Assembly (NCBI GenBank): GCA_951406725.2
Contig: OX597817.1
Coordinates: forward strand, 158,286,001-158,350,000
DNA length: 64,000 bases
Source: Octopus vulgaris
Taxonomy: Eukaryota
Reading direction: 5' to 3'
In this document: piece by piece, positions 63,292 to 64,000 of the stretch
Numbering within the stretch: position 1 is the stretch's first letter
How the letters are laid out: the number at the start of each line of letters is the position of its first letter
Position numbers and translations under genes: made by a program
Notes under the pieces: model-generated
What the model saw: the letters and a program-made list of their open reading frames with translations, nothing else
What the model was told of the DNA's origin: nothing
The model's database searches: none

Positions 63292-63503
63292 CTTTCTACT
63301 ACAGGCACAAGGCCTGAAATTTGAGGAGAGGGGGTTAGTTGATTACATTGACCCAGTACATAACTGGTACTTATTTCATTGACCCCGAAAGGATGAAAGG
63401 CAGAGTTGACCTCAGCGGAATTTGAACCCAGAACGTAACGGCAGACGAAATACTGCTAAGCATTTTGCCCAGCGTGCTAACAATACTGCCAGCTTGCCAC
63501 CTT
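63292..63503 (-). mobile_element. Nin/Deu-domain-type SINE
   Basis: Reverse copy; other copies near 33328-33545 and 2250-2525. Confidence 0.8.
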
Positions 63504-63667
63504 AAATGATATATTAATATAATAATCCTTTCCACAAGGCCTGAAATTTTGTGGGAGAGGGCTAATTGATTTTATCAATCCCAATACAAGACCAAACCCA
63601 TTGTCTATCAAGACAGACGGGGAAAGAGAGAGAGAGAATACAAGACCAGTACTTATTTTATTGACTG

Positions 63668-63989
63668 ATCAAAATCAAAATCAATCAACATCAATGGAAA
63701 TTGTAGCTGTGATACCAGTGCCGGTGGCACATAAGAGAACCATTCGAACGTGGCCGTTGCCAGCGCCGTTTGGCAGCCTCGTCTGGCACCTGTGCCGGTG
63801 GCATGCACAAAGCACCCACTACACTCACGGAGTGGTTGGCGTTAGGAAGGGCATCCAGCCATAGAAACATTGCCAGATCAGACTGGGCCTGGTGCAGCCT
63901 TCTGGCTTCCCAGACCCCAGTTGAACCGTCCAACCCATGCTAGCATGGAGAGCGGACGCTAAATGATGATGATGATGATGATGATGATG
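63668..63989 (+). mobile_element. GAT-tailed repeat family C
   Basis: Ends in (GAT)n. Confidence 0.85.
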
Positions 63990-64000
63990 TGAAAGAAGGA

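Overview
AT-rich, repeat-dense animal genomic DNA. From memory, the SINE families and microsatellite load look like an Octopus (coleoid cephalopod) genome; this is an inference and no search was run. Three intron-containing protein genes can be reconstructed by hand. (1) The first coding exon of a class II ARF GTPase (ARF4/5-like, minus strand, 8784-8850); the rest lies off the left edge. (2) A complete 4-exon, 173-aa LRRC20-like gene (plus strand, 24889-31830). (3) The last nine coding exons (557 aa) of a CCP110/CP110-like centriolar gene (minus strand, 63141 to 43058). Most of the remaining sequence is SINEs, LINE and mariner remnants, MITEs, Helitrons and mini/microsatellites, and nearly all ORF-track entries are repeat artefacts. 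The most notable observations are: a U12-type (minor spliceosome) intron in CCP110; several short or foldback elements, mostly in (TA)n tracts, carrying Penelope-type minimal hammerhead motifs, one family with an atypical CUG-U-N-GA core; inverted SINE pairs bracketing an LRRC20 exon; CRE and UPRE/CREB3-type sites upstream of ARF4/5; and several local templated duplications. There is no CRISPR array or prokaryotic system here.
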